This document shows positions 39,797-49,868 of a DNA stretch of 64,000 nucleotides, in pieces (within the stretch, counting starts at the first letter, position 1; each line of letters opens with the position of its first letter). The DNA lies in contig JARVJZ010000003.1 in assembly GCA_029775855.1 (NCBI GenBank), positions 128,001 to 192,000 of the forward strand, written 5' to 3'. The DNA comes from Nitrososphaeria archaeon. Lineage in GTDB: Archaea > Thermoproteota > Nitrososphaeria > Nitrososphaerales > JAAOZN01. The position numbers were made by a program, and so were the translations under genes. The notes beneath the pieces are model-generated. The model ran no database searches. It was not told the DNA's origin and was given only the letters and a program-made list of their open reading frames with translations.

Positions 39797-41935
39797 TTGT
39801 TCTTGAATGAAGCGCTACCTTGGCTCGTCTGGCTTCTACCCATAATAGGCGCATTACTCACACCAATCTTCGCAAAGATAGGGGACAAAGTAAGAGACTA
39901 CCTTGCGGTATTATTCTCACTGGCTTCAGCGGTTTCAGCAGCCCTTCTGCTACTATCAAACGAAGTTATACATAGCACCGTAGAATGGATACCCTCAATA
40001 GGTCTTCAAGCCGGTGTATTAGCAGATCAACTCAGCATAATAATGGCTAACATAGTCGCTTGGATCAGTTTCCTAATCATGGTATACAGCCTAGGATACA
40101 TGAAAGGTGAACCGAACCTAACAAGATACTGGTTCTTCATGAACTTCTTCATAGGTAACATGCAGCTCATCGTATTATCAGACAACCTACTTCAACTATT
40201 CTTCGGCTGGGAAGGTGTCGGTCTATGCTCCTATGCTCTAATAGGTTTCTGGCATACCGATGAAAAGAAGTATTGGGTTGGAACACCAGTCGAAGAAGGA
40301 GGAAGAAGGGCTTGGGGGCGTGAACAAGCCTATTCACCTAGCCACGCTGGAATGAAGGCCTTCATAACAACTAGAGTTGGAGACTCAGCATTCCTCATAG
40401 GGCTACTAATACTCTACACCCACTCAAAGACCTTCAGCTTCACACAACTAGCTGAACACACAGAGTGGGCAAGCAGCCTCGCATCAGCCGGACTACTAAT
40501 CCCAGTAACAATATTGATCTTCGGCGGAGCCATCGGTAAATCAGCACAGTTTCCGCTGCAAGAATGGCTTCCAGACGCCATGGCTGGCCCAACAGCGGTT
40601 TCAGCACTAATACACGCAGCTACTATGGTGAAGGCTGGCGTCTTTCTAGTGGCGAGAATTGGCCCCATCTTTTACACAGCGGCTCAAGCGGTTAATGCGG
40701 CGCCGTTGTTCTTTGAGGCTGTCGCTTGGGTTGGTGCGTTCACCGCCTTTTTAGCTGCTACGCAAGCTGTTGTTGGCAGAGAGATAAAGAAGGTGTTAGC
40801 GTACTCGACTGTCTCACAGATAGGGTATATGATGCTCGCGTTAGGAGCAGCTGGCTTAGTTGCTGAGGAGACCGCGTTTGCTAGCGGTTTCACAGCAGGT
40901 TTCTTCCATCTGATGAGCCACGCTGTGTTTAAGGCTTCTCTATTCATGGCTGCTGGTGCGCTTATACACGCTTGTGGAAGCAAGTACCTTTCTGACATGG
41001 GTGGGTTAAGAAAGGTTATGCCTATAACCTTCTTCTCTATGCTCTTGGCTTCGGCTTCTCTCGCTGGTGTGCCTCCATTAAGCGGCTTTTGGAGTAAAGA
41101 CGCGGTTTTGGCTTCGGTGCTTGAAGCCCATACCCCATATGCTCCTATCTTGTTCGCTTTGTCTGTTGCTACAGCTATGCTCACAGTCTTCTACACCTTT
41201 AGGATGCTTGGCTTGGTCTTCTTTGGGGAGAAGGGTAAGCTTGGATTAGAGCATAAGCACGGTTTACACGAGGAAGCTGAGCATCACCTTGGAGAAGCCC
41301 CGAAGGTTATGTGGCTGCCCTACACCATTCTAGCCGTTGCCTCCTTGGTCATCGGTTTAGCGGGTCCTTTTGTTGAAACATCCCTCCATAACTCACTTGA
41401 GCACTACTTGCACGAATATGGATTTGAAGCTGCCCATAAAGGTTTTGAGCTTAACCTCGCAGCAGTAGGCGGATCCTTAGCAGCGTTGGCTGTAGGTCTT
41501 CCCTTAAGCTACTCCATCTACATAGCTAGGCGTTTAGACGCTGCTAAGATTGTAAATTCAAGTAAACTTCTTAGAGCAATATACATCTTCTTGGAGAATA
41601 GATGGTATCTTAACACACTATACTATGCGATCTTCGTGGATGGTTTGCTTAGCTTCGCACGGATTATATGGCGGGGATTAGAGGTATCTGTGATAGACCG
41701 ATTGGGTGATGCGACTGCCTCAGCATCAATCATCTTCTCAAAGGCTGGAAACTGGTTTGACAGATACATTGTAGACGGCTTCATAAACGGCTTAGCCTAC
41801 ATTAATGTGCGCTTCTCTAGACTCGCTAGAATTCTCCAGACAGGCGTATCACAAAATTATCTCCTCGTTTTTGCGGTAGGTGTCATTGTGGTGCTGATAA
41901 TCTTGGTTCTAAACCCTTCACTACTTTTGAGGTGA
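39797..41935 (+). CDS. nuoL: Complex I antiporter-like subunit L
   Basis: WEGVGLCSYALIGFW, GKSAQFPL..WLPDAMAGPT.VSALIHAATMV, long C-terminal amphipathic helix ending LQTG. Confidence 0.95.
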   Translation: MFLNEALPWLVWLLPIIGALLTPIFAKIGDKVRDYLAVLFSLASAVSAALLLLSNEVIHSTVEWIPSIGLQAGVLADQLSIIMANIVAWISFLIMVYSLGYMKGEPNLTRYWFFMNFFIGNMQLIVLSDNLLQLFFGWEGVGLCSYALIGFWHTDEKKYWVGTPVEEGGRRAWGREQAYSPSHAGMKAFITTRVGDSAFLIGLLILYTHSKTFSFTQLAEHTEWASSLASAGLLIPVTILIFGGAIGKSAQFPLQEWLPDAMAGPTAVSALIHAATMVKAGVFLVARIGPIFYTAAQAVNAAPLFFEAVAWVGAFTAFLAATQAVVGREIKKVLAYSTVSQIGYMMLALGAAGLVAEETAFASGFTAGFFHLMSHAVFKASLFMAAGALIHACGSKYLSDMGGLRKVMPITFFSMLLASASLAGVPPLSGFWSKDAVLASVLEAHTPYAPILFALSVATAMLTVFYTFRMLGLVFFGEKGKLGLEHKHGLHEEAEHHLGEAPKVMWLPYTILAVASLVIGLAGPFVETSLHNSLEHYLHEYGFEAAHKGFELNLAAVGGSLAALAVGLPLSYSIYIARRLDAAKIVNSSKLLRAIYIFLENRWYLNTLYYAIFVDGLLSFARIIWRGLEVSVIDRLGDATASASIIFSKAGNWFDRYIVDGFINGLAYINVRFSRLARILQTGVSQNYLLVFAVGVIVVLIILVLNPSLLLR

Positions 41936-41941
41936 ACAAAG

Positions 41942-43438
41942 TTGGATACACCAATACTCAGCTTGCTTATCTTCATACCAATCGTGGGAGCCGTAGTTGT
42001 ATATCTCTTAGGGAGGCTTAGAGAAAGACTCTGTGAAGTAGCTTCACTTACGCTTACGGTTGTGGTTCTTGCACTATCACTCTACTTATACAGCTCCATC
42101 TTTACCTCAAACCAAGGCGCCTCATTCACCTTCATTGAAGGCCCATATCATTGGTTAGGCGGCTTCGGGGTGGACTACTACCTCGGTGTGGACGGTTTAA
42201 GTGCCTCTCTCATACTGATCTCAGCCTTCCTATCGGTCCTTGTAGTCCTAGGCTCATGGGACCTTATTACAGAGAAGAAGCCGATCTACTACTTCCTCAT
42301 ACTCTTATTCGAAGGCAGTATTATTGGTGTGTTCTGCTCACTTAACCTCATACTCTTCTATGTCTTCTGGGAGATCGTCTTGATCCCCATGTTCTTCTTC
42401 ATCGGAGTCTGGGGTGGACCTAGACGCAAATACGCTGCAATGAAGTTCTTAATCTTCACATATGTTGGTAGTGTTATTATGCTCCTAGGCTTTATCCTCA
42501 TATACCTATTTACCGCGCCAAACACATTCAACATACCTGAGCTGGTTGGTAAGATCCCCTTCTGGGTTCAACTCTTAGCAACAGTCGCCACATTTGTAGG
42601 CTTTGGGGTTAAGCTGCCTGTTGTGCCTTTCCACACTTGGCTTCCAGATGCGCACGTCGAAGCACCAGCGCCGATAAGCGTTTTCTTAGCCGGTCTTCTT
42701 CTGAAGATGGGTGGGTATGGTTTCATAAGGGTAAACTTAGGTCTATTGGCAGACGCTTCACGCCAGTATGCTTGGGTCTTCATAATATTCGGTATCCTAA
42801 CTATGTTCTACGGTGCGCTCGTAGCCATGATTCAAAGAGATCTAAAGAGGATGATAGCTTTAACGAGCATAAACCATATGGGTTTCGTCCTCTTAGGTAG
42901 CTTCGCGGGGATATCAGCTTCAACAGCGCAAGGTGCTATCTACGGGATCTCTGGGGCGATATTCCAGATGTTCAACCACGCAGCCGCTATAGGAATCCTC
43001 TTTATGCTCTCAGGATACATACACGAGCAAGCGGGGACAAGAAACATCGATGAGTTAAAGGGTCTGCGGAGCGGTATGCCTAAGACAGCTCTAACCTTAA
43101 TCTTAGGCTCTCTGGCTGGTATGAGTGTGCCGATGTATAGCAGTTTCCTCAGCGAGTGGATGGTGATTCTAAGCGCCATTTCGGTCAACACTTGGTACGC
43201 TTTGGCGGTCTTAATACCTCTGCTTACTGTAGCATACTTTCTATGGATGATAAAGAGGACGGTTCTTAGCCCTCTTCCTCAGCATACACATTATCACGAT
43301 CTACCTAATAGAGCAATGTTCGCGCTCCTACTCTACTTGGTCCCATTATTCCTACTTTTGGTCTTTCCATCTCTCATACTTGGGGTTGTAGACCCGCTTT
43401 CATCAGCGCTCTTTCAAGCCGTAGGTGGTGGTGGATGA
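41942..43438 (+). CDS. nuoM: Complex I antiporter-like subunit M (copy 2)
   Basis: FYVFWE.VLIPM, KLPVVPFHTWLPDAHVEAP, LLKMGGYG. Confidence 0.92.
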   Translation: MDTPILSLLIFIPIVGAVVVYLLGRLRERLCEVASLTLTVVVLALSLYLYSSIFTSNQGASFTFIEGPYHWLGGFGVDYYLGVDGLSASLILISAFLSVLVVLGSWDLITEKKPIYYFLILLFEGSIIGVFCSLNLILFYVFWEIVLIPMFFFIGVWGGPRRKYAAMKFLIFTYVGSVIMLLGFILIYLFTAPNTFNIPELVGKIPFWVQLLATVATFVGFGVKLPVVPFHTWLPDAHVEAPAPISVFLAGLLLKMGGYGFIRVNLGLLADASRQYAWVFIIFGILTMFYGALVAMIQRDLKRMIALTSINHMGFVLLGSFAGISASTAQGAIYGISGAIFQMFNHAAAIGILFMLSGYIHEQAGTRNIDELKGLRSGMPKTALTLILGSLAGMSVPMYSSFLSEWMVILSAISVNTWYALAVLIPLLTVAYFLWMIKRTVLSPLPQHTHYHDLPNRAMFALLLYLVPLFLLLVFPSLILGVVDPLSSALFQAVGGGG

Positions 43439-44892
43439 GCACAGTCTTCTACTACGCAGCCATCTTTACAGTAAGCAGCATGCTTGTCTCAATGTTAAGC
43501 CTATCTAGGAGTTCTTCGGTGCGGCAGAGCATCCCCTTCTTTGTCTCTTTGGCGGCTCTGCTACTTTCACTTACTTTAACTCTATTCAAGATGTTAAACT
43601 ACTTGTCTGCACCCTCACCGATCTACACAAATCTTTTCCACGAAGACTTCTTGGCATACTTCTTCGCCTTAACTGTGCTGCTAGTCTCTCTGTTTGTCGT
43701 TCTTTCGTCGAGAAACTATATGTGGGGTGAAAGAAATCTTGCTGTCTACTTCTCTCTCCTCCTCTTTTCTACTCTCGGTATGGTTCTCCTCTCGTTCGCA
43801 GCTGATCTGCTTATGATAGTGGTTGCTTGGGAGCTTATGAGTATACCAACCTATGTGCTCGCTGGGCTAAGGAAGAGTGACCCATTCTCAAACGAAGCGT
43901 CTGTAAAATACTTCCTGCTTGGCGCCTTCTCTTCCGGCATACTCCTCTACGCAATCTCACTCACCTACGGTTTAACGGGCACAACCAACCTAAACGCTGT
44001 ACTACAAAACCTACAACAATTACCTAACCCGCTAGATCCAATAGCCATACTTATGTTAGCGCTCTACATTGCTGGATTCGGATTAAAGATGTCAGTAGTT
44101 CCATTTCATATGTGGATACCAGATGCATATGAAGGCGCACCGACAACGATTAGCGCCTTCCTTTCAGCTGGAACAAAGAAAGCGGGTTTCGTCGTAGCCA
44201 TAAGGGTCTTTGTAGTAGCACTCCCCTTCTTAAGCGTAAACTGGACAACAGCCTTCGCCATACTTGCATTAGCCACTATGACTTTAGGAAATATAGCAGC
44301 CCTCACACAAAGATCAGTAAGCAGAATGCTCGCATACTCAAGCATAGCCCAAGCAGGCTACCTCCTGATAGGATTCGCTGTAGCATCAGGCCCCGCTAAG
44401 ACGCTAGGTCTTATCGGCGTCTTGTTCCATGTGTTTAATCATGCGGTTATGCAGTCAGCAGCCTTTTTGGCTGTTGCTGCGGTAGATCGGGCTATTGGTA
44501 AGGTTGGTTTAGACTCTTTTGCTTCGCTTTGGCGTCGGATGCCTATAACGGCTCTCTCACTGGCTGTTGCTCTGCTAGCGTTGGCTGGAATACCGCCTTT
44601 GAATGGGTTCTGGAGTAAACTTGTGCTCTTTACAGCAGCTATCCAAGGCGATATGGCTTGGCTAGCTGTTGCGGCTGTGCTGAACAGTGCGCTTTCACTT
44701 GGCTACTATGCTTGGGTCATTAAGCGGATGTATATCGATGAGCCTACTGGTCTTGGAGCGCAAAGTAAGATTAGAGAACCTACATTAATATCTGCTGTTC
44801 TTCTAATCGCCACTGCTATAACAATAGTTGTAGGTATTTACCCTTCGTTGATCTATGATCTTGCCAAAGCTGCTGTGTTAGCATATCAGTGA
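43435..44892 (+). CDS. nuoN: Complex I antiporter-like subunit N
   Basis: EASVKYFLLG, PFHMWIPDAYEGAP, RMLAYSSIAQAGY. Confidence 0.94.
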   Translation: MSTVFYYAAIFTVSSMLVSMLSLSRSSSVRQSIPFFVSLAALLLSLTLTLFKMLNYLSAPSPIYTNLFHEDFLAYFFALTVLLVSLFVVLSSRNYMWGERNLAVYFSLLLFSTLGMVLLSFAADLLMIVVAWELMSIPTYVLAGLRKSDPFSNEASVKYFLLGAFSSGILLYAISLTYGLTGTTNLNAVLQNLQQLPNPLDPIAILMLALYIAGFGLKMSVVPFHMWIPDAYEGAPTTISAFLSAGTKKAGFVVAIRVFVVALPFLSVNWTTAFAILALATMTLGNIAALTQRSVSRMLAYSSIAQAGYLLIGFAVASGPAKTLGLIGVLFHVFNHAVMQSAAFLAVAAVDRAIGKVGLDSFASLWRRMPITALSLAVALLALAGIPPLNGFWSKLVLFTAAIQGDMAWLAVAAVLNSALSLGYYAWVIKRMYIDEPTGLGAQSKIREPTLISAVLLIATAITIVVGIYPSLIYDLAKAAVLAYQ

Positions 44893-44895
44893 ATC

Positions 44896-45741
44896 TTAAC
44901 TTAATCGGTTAACCGCGAACTCAGCTATCTCGCATAAGATCTGCTTCGCTTCTGAATCAGGCAGATCACTGAGACTCATTTTGGCTTCTAAAGCATATTT
45001 TACAGCGATTTCCGCTAGCTTCTTCTTTGGGTCACCTTCTTTAAACTTTATTCGTCTTGCTATTTTAGAGCCATCGTTCCAGTCTAAGATGTCATCTTGA
45101 ATCTGGTAGGCTATTCCTATGTTATATCCGTATTTCGATAACGCTTCAACTGTCTTCTCATGCGCTGTAGCGAGTTTTGCTCCTATGGTTGATGCTGTTT
45201 GGAAGAGGCTTGCGGTCTTCTTCTCTATTATTAGAATGTATTTGTCAAGGGGTACTTCGCGGTCCTCAGCTTCGGCTTTCATTTCGATTATTTCGCCTTC
45301 ACACATTTGCAGCGCTGCTTTAGAGAGGTCTTCACCCACTACCTTTTTTGACTTCGACATTATATCTAATATTATTCCAAATACGAAGTCTGCTGTAAGT
45401 AGGGCTGCGTTAAAACCATACTCTAGGTGGAAAACTGGTCTGTTTCTCCTTACAGTTTCGTCATCGATGATGTCGTCGTGTATTATTGACTCTGTATGTA
45501 AGAGTTCTACTGCCACAGCTTCTCTTAGCGCGTCTTCCTCTCTCCCCCCAGCAGCCTTAGTGGATAGAAGTAGTATTATGGGTCTTATTCGCTTCCCGCC
45601 TTCTAACGCATACTTCAAAGGCTTATAGAAGTTTGAATCTGAGTATCTTAGAAGCTCAGCATCGATAGCCTCATCGATCATCTTAGCATAAACAGATATC
45701 TTGTTTAGTAAGTCTACTGCTGTTTTGTTGACGCTTTGCAT
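44896..45741 (-). CDS. Polyprenyl diphosphate synthase (trans-IPPS)
   Basis: GGKRIRP, HDDIID..RR, KTASLF, YQIQDDILD. Confidence 0.92.
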   Translation of the reverse strand: MQSVNKTAVDLLNKISVYAKMIDEAIDAELLRYSDSNFYKPLKYALEGGKRIRPIILLLSTKAAGGREEDALREAVAVELLHTESIIHDDIIDDETVRRNRPVFHLEYGFNAALLTADFVFGIILDIMSKSKKVVGEDLSKAALQMCEGEIIEMKAEAEDREVPLDKYILIIEKKTASLFQTASTIGAKLATAHEKTVEALSKYGYNIGIAYQIQDDILDWNDGSKIARRIKFKEGDPKKKLAEIAVKYALEAKMSLSDLPDSEAKQILCEIAEFAVNRLS

Positions 45742-45749
45742 TTTTCGCC

Positions 45750-46082
45750 TTACCTACCATCAGAAGATATCCTTTTTATTCTTGCTTCTCTTAAGAGCCA
45801 TCGCGGTTTAAGCCACCGCTCTTCAACACCATCCTTTGTTTCCACAACTATCTCGTCTTCGTCCTCCATCAGCACCTTTTTAATAGGGTGCTTAAGTCTA
45901 TGAGCGAAGTATTCTTTGTCAGTTATAGCTCTAGATACACTCTTCTTCTTTTCTATCTTCCCGAACCACTGTATATTTCCGCTGTCAAATGAGAGGTAGA
46001 GCCTAGCATACCCCATTTCAGCATAAACCCTAAGATAGCTTAACTTATGGGGAAGCGCGTGATCCAAGACTATCTTGAACAT
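45750..46082 (-). CDS. Hypothetical protein
   Basis: 110-aa ORF filling the gap, co-oriented with the prenyltransferase gene. Confidence 0.6.
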   Translation of the reverse strand: MFKIVLDHALPHKLSYLRVYAEMGYARLYLSFDSGNIQWFGKIEKKKSVSRAITDKEYFAHRLKHPIKKVLMEDEDEIVVETKDGVEERWLKPRWLLREARIKRISSDGR

Positions 46083-46145
46083 TTCTCCTAATACAACAAG
46101 CGCGACATATTGATATATAGATTTTGCAGATATAGGAGAGCTACA

Positions 46146-46706
46146 ATGGGCAGAAAAAAATTGGTTAGAGCTGCTGGGTTATGCGGCATACTCGGTGTAG
46201 CTATAGTATACCCTCTTATACTGCTAGCAATATTCTACTACCCTAGCTTTAGCTGGTTCAATAATGCGCTCAGCGACCTAGGTGTAGGTGTCTCAGCACC
46301 CATCTTTAACACAGCACTACTTATAGGCGGCGCATTGCTTCTCATCTTCTCACTCGGATTACTAAACTACACCTCAGGATATATAGCAAAACTAGGTTCC
46401 CTTCTCCTAATCGCTGCATCTATATTTCTCGCAGCTATAGGGTTGTTCCCCGAAAACTATGGTAAACTACACTTTTACGTTTCAGTTGCTTTCTTTGTGT
46501 TAATCGTGTTTTCTTTGCTGACTCTAGGTTTGTCTCTCATACTACAATCATCAAGAGCATCAGGCTTCCTAACGGTAGTTGGCGCTATCATCGCAGCCTT
46601 GATATGGATATTCCCTTGGACTGGTGTTGCTATCCCTGAAACCATCGCTTCAATAATACTTTCGGCGCGTGTGGTATCCTTTGCCTATAAGATGCTGGTT
46701 AAATGA
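46146..46706 (+). CDS. DUF998 family membrane protein
   Basis: FSWFNNALSDLG, IFN, GLFPE...LH, AIPE. Start taken at MGRKK. Confidence 0.75.
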   Translation: MGRKKLVRAAGLCGILGVAIVYPLILLAIFYYPSFSWFNNALSDLGVGVSAPIFNTALLIGGALLLIFSLGLLNYTSGYIAKLGSLLLIAASIFLAAIGLFPENYGKLHFYVSVAFFVLIVFSLLTLGLSLILQSSRASGFLTVVGAIIAALIWIFPWTGVAIPETIASIILSARVVSFAYKMLVK

Positions 46707-46714
46707 TAGATTTG

Positions 46715-47014
46715 CTACACTATGTCGCCTTCTAGCTTCCTAGCAAGCTTACCCTTCAACTTTATATTGAGGTTAAAGTCTTCAGGCTTCACCACGTCAG
46801 ATGTTATTCTTTTTATCACCAGACCGCATCTGTTATCTGGCAGAAGCTTGTTCCTTACGCACTGAGCATATGAGCAAGAAGGGCCTACACATACATCATT
46901 CAACCAGCTGCACCAAATCGTATGCCCACGTATTAACATAGCTCTCTTAGCGCATTTGAAGGATATGCATCTTGGCCAGCATCTACCATTGCTGTCGGGT
47001 CCCTCATGGGGCAA
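46715..47014 (-). CDS. Cys-rich hypothetical protein (putative metal-binding)
   Basis: Eight Cys: CWPRC..FKC..WC..C..C.YAQC..C. Confidence 0.7.
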   Translation of the reverse strand: MPHEGPDSNGRCWPRCISFKCAKRAMLIRGHTIWCSWLNDVCVGPSCSYAQCVRNKLLPDNRCGLVIKRITSDVVKPEDFNLNIKLKGKLARKLEGDIV

Positions 47015-47079
47015 TCCTTAACAACCCTTCGTCACATAACCTTTTGAAGCTCAACAATATATTTTTTATTAGTCTGTGC

Positions 47080-48330
47080 TTAGGGCCATATTCCGAGCGT
47101 TTTGATGGCTTCGGCCACTCGTCCCACTCCAACCATTAAGGCTGCTGCCCTCATGTCGATGTTGTATTTAACCGAAGTCTCATAGACAGATTTGAAGGCT
47201 GATATCATCTTTTCTTCTAGCTTCCTTTTAACTTCAGCGAGATTCCAGTGATCTCGATTAAGATTCTGAACCCACTCAAAATAACTTACAGTAACGCCGC
47301 CTGCGTTTGCAAGTATATCAGGCACTACAAAGACCTTGTTGCTATAAAGTATTTTATCTGCTTCTGGTGTTGTGGGTCCATTAGCCCCTTCGACTACGAT
47401 TCGAGCTTTGACTCTACTAGCGTTTTCTTGTGTGATAACATTTTCTAACGCTGCGGGTAGTAGGATATCACACTCAAGCTCTAAAAGTTCCTCGTTAGTG
47501 ATTTCATCGCATCCAGCCATACCGACAACACTTCCGGTCTTCTCTTTATATCTTAGAGCAGCGAGTGGGTTAATTCCTTTAGGTGAAAATATGCCGCCCC
47601 GTGAGTCACTTAATGCAATTATCTTGCAACCCATTTCAGCCAAAAAGAGTGCAGCATTAGAGCCAACATTACCAAACCCTTGAATCGCTACCGTAGCATC
47701 TTTAAGATTTAAGCCTATAGCATTTGCCGCTTCACTTGCACATATGGCAGCACCTAAACCTGTAGCCTCAGCCCTACCTTCTGAACCACCTAAGCTGACG
47801 GGTTTTCCAGTTACGCATTCTGGCACTCTGTAGCCTGTAAGTTGGCTGTATGTGTCCATTATCCAAGCCATAGTTTGAGCGTCTGTGTAGACATCTGGTG
47901 CAGGTATGTCTATGTATGGCCCCATGAGTGGTGCGATCATGCTGGTGTATCTTCTTGTTAACCGTTCTTTTTCGCTTCGAGACATTTCCTTAGGGTTGCA
48001 GATTACACCGCCTTTTGCGCCGCCAAACGGTATGTCTACTACACCACATTTCCATGTCATCCAGAAGGCTAAAGCTTTTACTTCATCTAAAGAAACATCT
48101 GGGTGATATCTGATACCGCCTTTATAAGGTCCTCTAGCGTCATTATGTTGTATTCTGTAGCCTAAGTATGTAATAACTTCGCCGCTATCCATTCTGACAG
48201 GGACCGCTACTGTAACAACTCTTTTAGGTTCTTTAAGCATCTGGTATATGTCTGGGTCCATCTTTAAGAGCTCAGCGGCTATGTCTAGCTGTTTTAATGC
48301 GTTCTGAAAAGGGTTAGGTTTTGTCGTCAT
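47080..48330 (-). CDS. gdhA: Glutamate dehydrogenase
   Basis: GPYKGGIRYHP, PFGGAKGG, PAPDV, QGFGNVG, EGANGP. Confidence 0.96.
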   Translation of the reverse strand: MTTKPNPFQNALKQLDIAAELLKMDPDIYQMLKEPKRVVTVAVPVRMDSGEVITYLGYRIQHNDARGPYKGGIRYHPDVSLDEVKALAFWMTWKCGVVDIPFGGAKGGVICNPKEMSRSEKERLTRRYTSMIAPLMGPYIDIPAPDVYTDAQTMAWIMDTYSQLTGYRVPECVTGKPVSLGGSEGRAEATGLGAAICASEAANAIGLNLKDATVAIQGFGNVGSNAALFLAEMGCKIIALSDSRGGIFSPKGINPLAALRYKEKTGSVVGMAGCDEITNEELLELECDILLPAALENVITQENASRVKARIVVEGANGPTTPEADKILYSNKVFVVPDILANAGGVTVSYFEWVQNLNRDHWNLAEVKRKLEEKMISAFKSVYETSVKYNIDMRAAALMVGVGRVAEAIKTLGIWP

Positions 48331-48455
48331 CTTCTCGCTTGTAAATGTTGTTTAATGGGTTATATAAATTTTGCAGTAATATGCACATATTTCTTTATTT
48401 TTCTTGGTATTACTTATTGATATTATAAGTAAAATATGGTGTAGTTTAATGATTA

Positions 48456-49136
48456 TTACTGAAGCGCTTTACTCATTTCCAAGATCTTGCTCCTCCAGTC
48501 AGCAGCTTTGACTATTCCGCTAGCAACTAGCACGCCACATACACCTAAATTAAGAGCTGCTTCTACATCACTACCATCCACTATACCAGCGCCACAGATG
48601 ACACCAACATCTGGATTTGATATGGCTGCTGCTTTAACAGACTCGGTTATAACCTCTGGCTTAGCTTTCGACACAGCCACACCAGAGCCTATAAGCTCAG
48701 GAGGCTCTATAGCAATGTAGTCTGGTGAAAATTCAGCATACACTGATACCTCAGACGGTTCTCTTGCACATACCACTGAAACCAAGTCAGATTCATGCAG
48801 TCTCTTTATTGTAGCCTTGATCTTATCCTGCTCTATCCTTCTTTCGCTGTGATTCAAGATAGAGCCTTTGGCGCCGGCTACCTTAATCACTTCTGCGACG
48901 ATAGCTCCTGTGCTACTTCCCACCTTTTCTGGATCTGTGTGTTGTGCGAAGACTGGGATCTTTGTGGCGCTACATATCTGCGACAAGTAGGGTAAAGGTG
49001 GGCATACCACTATAGATGTGTTGGTTTGTTGCGAGACTTCTTCAGCCACCTTTGCGAGTCTGAGGGCGCCTTCACCAGATGCTTCAAGATAGTTTTTGAA
49101 GTTTATTATTAGCATAGGTGTTCTGATTTTAGGCAT
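48456..49136 (-). CDS. tpiA: Triosephosphate isomerase (archaeal type)
   Basis: INFKNY, LNHSE, IEPPELIGSG, VLVASG. Confidence 0.96.
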   Translation of the reverse strand: MPKIRTPMLIINFKNYLEASGEGALRLAKVAEEVSQQTNTSIVVCPPLPYLSQICSATKIPVFAQHTDPEKVGSSTGAIVAEVIKVAGAKGSILNHSERRIEQDKIKATIKRLHESDLVSVVCAREPSEVSVYAEFSPDYIAIEPPELIGSGVAVSKAKPEVITESVKAAAISNPDVGVICGAGIVDGSDVEAALNLGVCGVLVASGIVKAADWRSKILEMSKALQ

Positions 49137-49168
49137 ATTATGACGCTATTCTAGTGGTGGATTAAAAG

Positions 49169-49753
49169 TTAGCTGCTCCAGAGGATTTTGTCCTCAAGTT
49201 CCTCTATTAAACGGATGTATTTTTCGTGCACTCCTTCGCCCATCTCCTCTCTCTCAACTTTTTCAAATCTCCTCACAAGATCCTCTTTCTCTTCTTTAGA
49301 TAACAGTCTACCACCCATAGGGTAGAGTATGTTATCCTCTTTGTATATGTGCTGAGTTAAAAGTTGTGAATACCCTTTTGCGTTGCTTGAGAATAGATGT
49401 GTTTGTCTCCAGTCTCCTTCTTTTATCTTCAAAGCTGCTTCAGCCATAGCTTTAACCGCTTTTCTACCTTCTTCATGCTCAAAGAGCATAACCCCAATTG
49501 GCCCACCTTCAACAGGTATGCCGTGTTCACTGAAGGTTTGAAAGAGGATCTTTTCTTCTTTACCGTGGTGGCATCTGTCAGCGAAGTTGCGGATAAAGTC
49601 AAGTAGGTTGATAAGTATTGTAGGTTCAACTTGTTTTCCTGCGTCAAGTCTTGCGGCTACTTCCTCTAATAGCCTTATGGCTCTTTCTATTACTCTATGC
49701 TCTTCCATTAGTATAGTGATTGGGTCTTGTTCGTGGTGATGTATATGTGTCAT
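49169..49753 (-). CDS. Hemerythrin (HHE) domain protein
   Basis: EHRVI, HHGKEE.ILF, EHEEGR, HIYKEDNILYP. Confidence 0.9.
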   Translation of the reverse strand: MTHIHHHEQDPITILMEEHRVIERAIRLLEEVAARLDAGKQVEPTILINLLDFIRNFADRCHHGKEEKILFQTFSEHGIPVEGGPIGVMLFEHEEGRKAVKAMAEAALKIKEGDWRQTHLFSSNAKGYSQLLTQHIYKEDNILYPMGGRLLSKEEKEDLVRRFEKVEREEMGEGVHEKYIRLIEELEDKILWSS

Positions 49754-49800
49754 TTTTTCATCGATTGTTTTTAGGGTTTTATCTTTTAGTAAAGTGTTTT

Positions 49801-49864
49801 ACCTAAATCTTTAGGTGTGGCTCGTAAACACAAATATATTACCGTGTATCCTAATATAGTAGGT
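49801..49864. promoter_or_regulatory. Two CCTA-N6-TAGG palindromes (candidate operators)
   Basis: ACCTAAATCTTTAGGT at 49801-49816 and CCTAATATAGTAGG at 49850-49863, in the divergent intergenic region. Confidence 0.55.
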
Positions 49865-49868
49865 ATTA

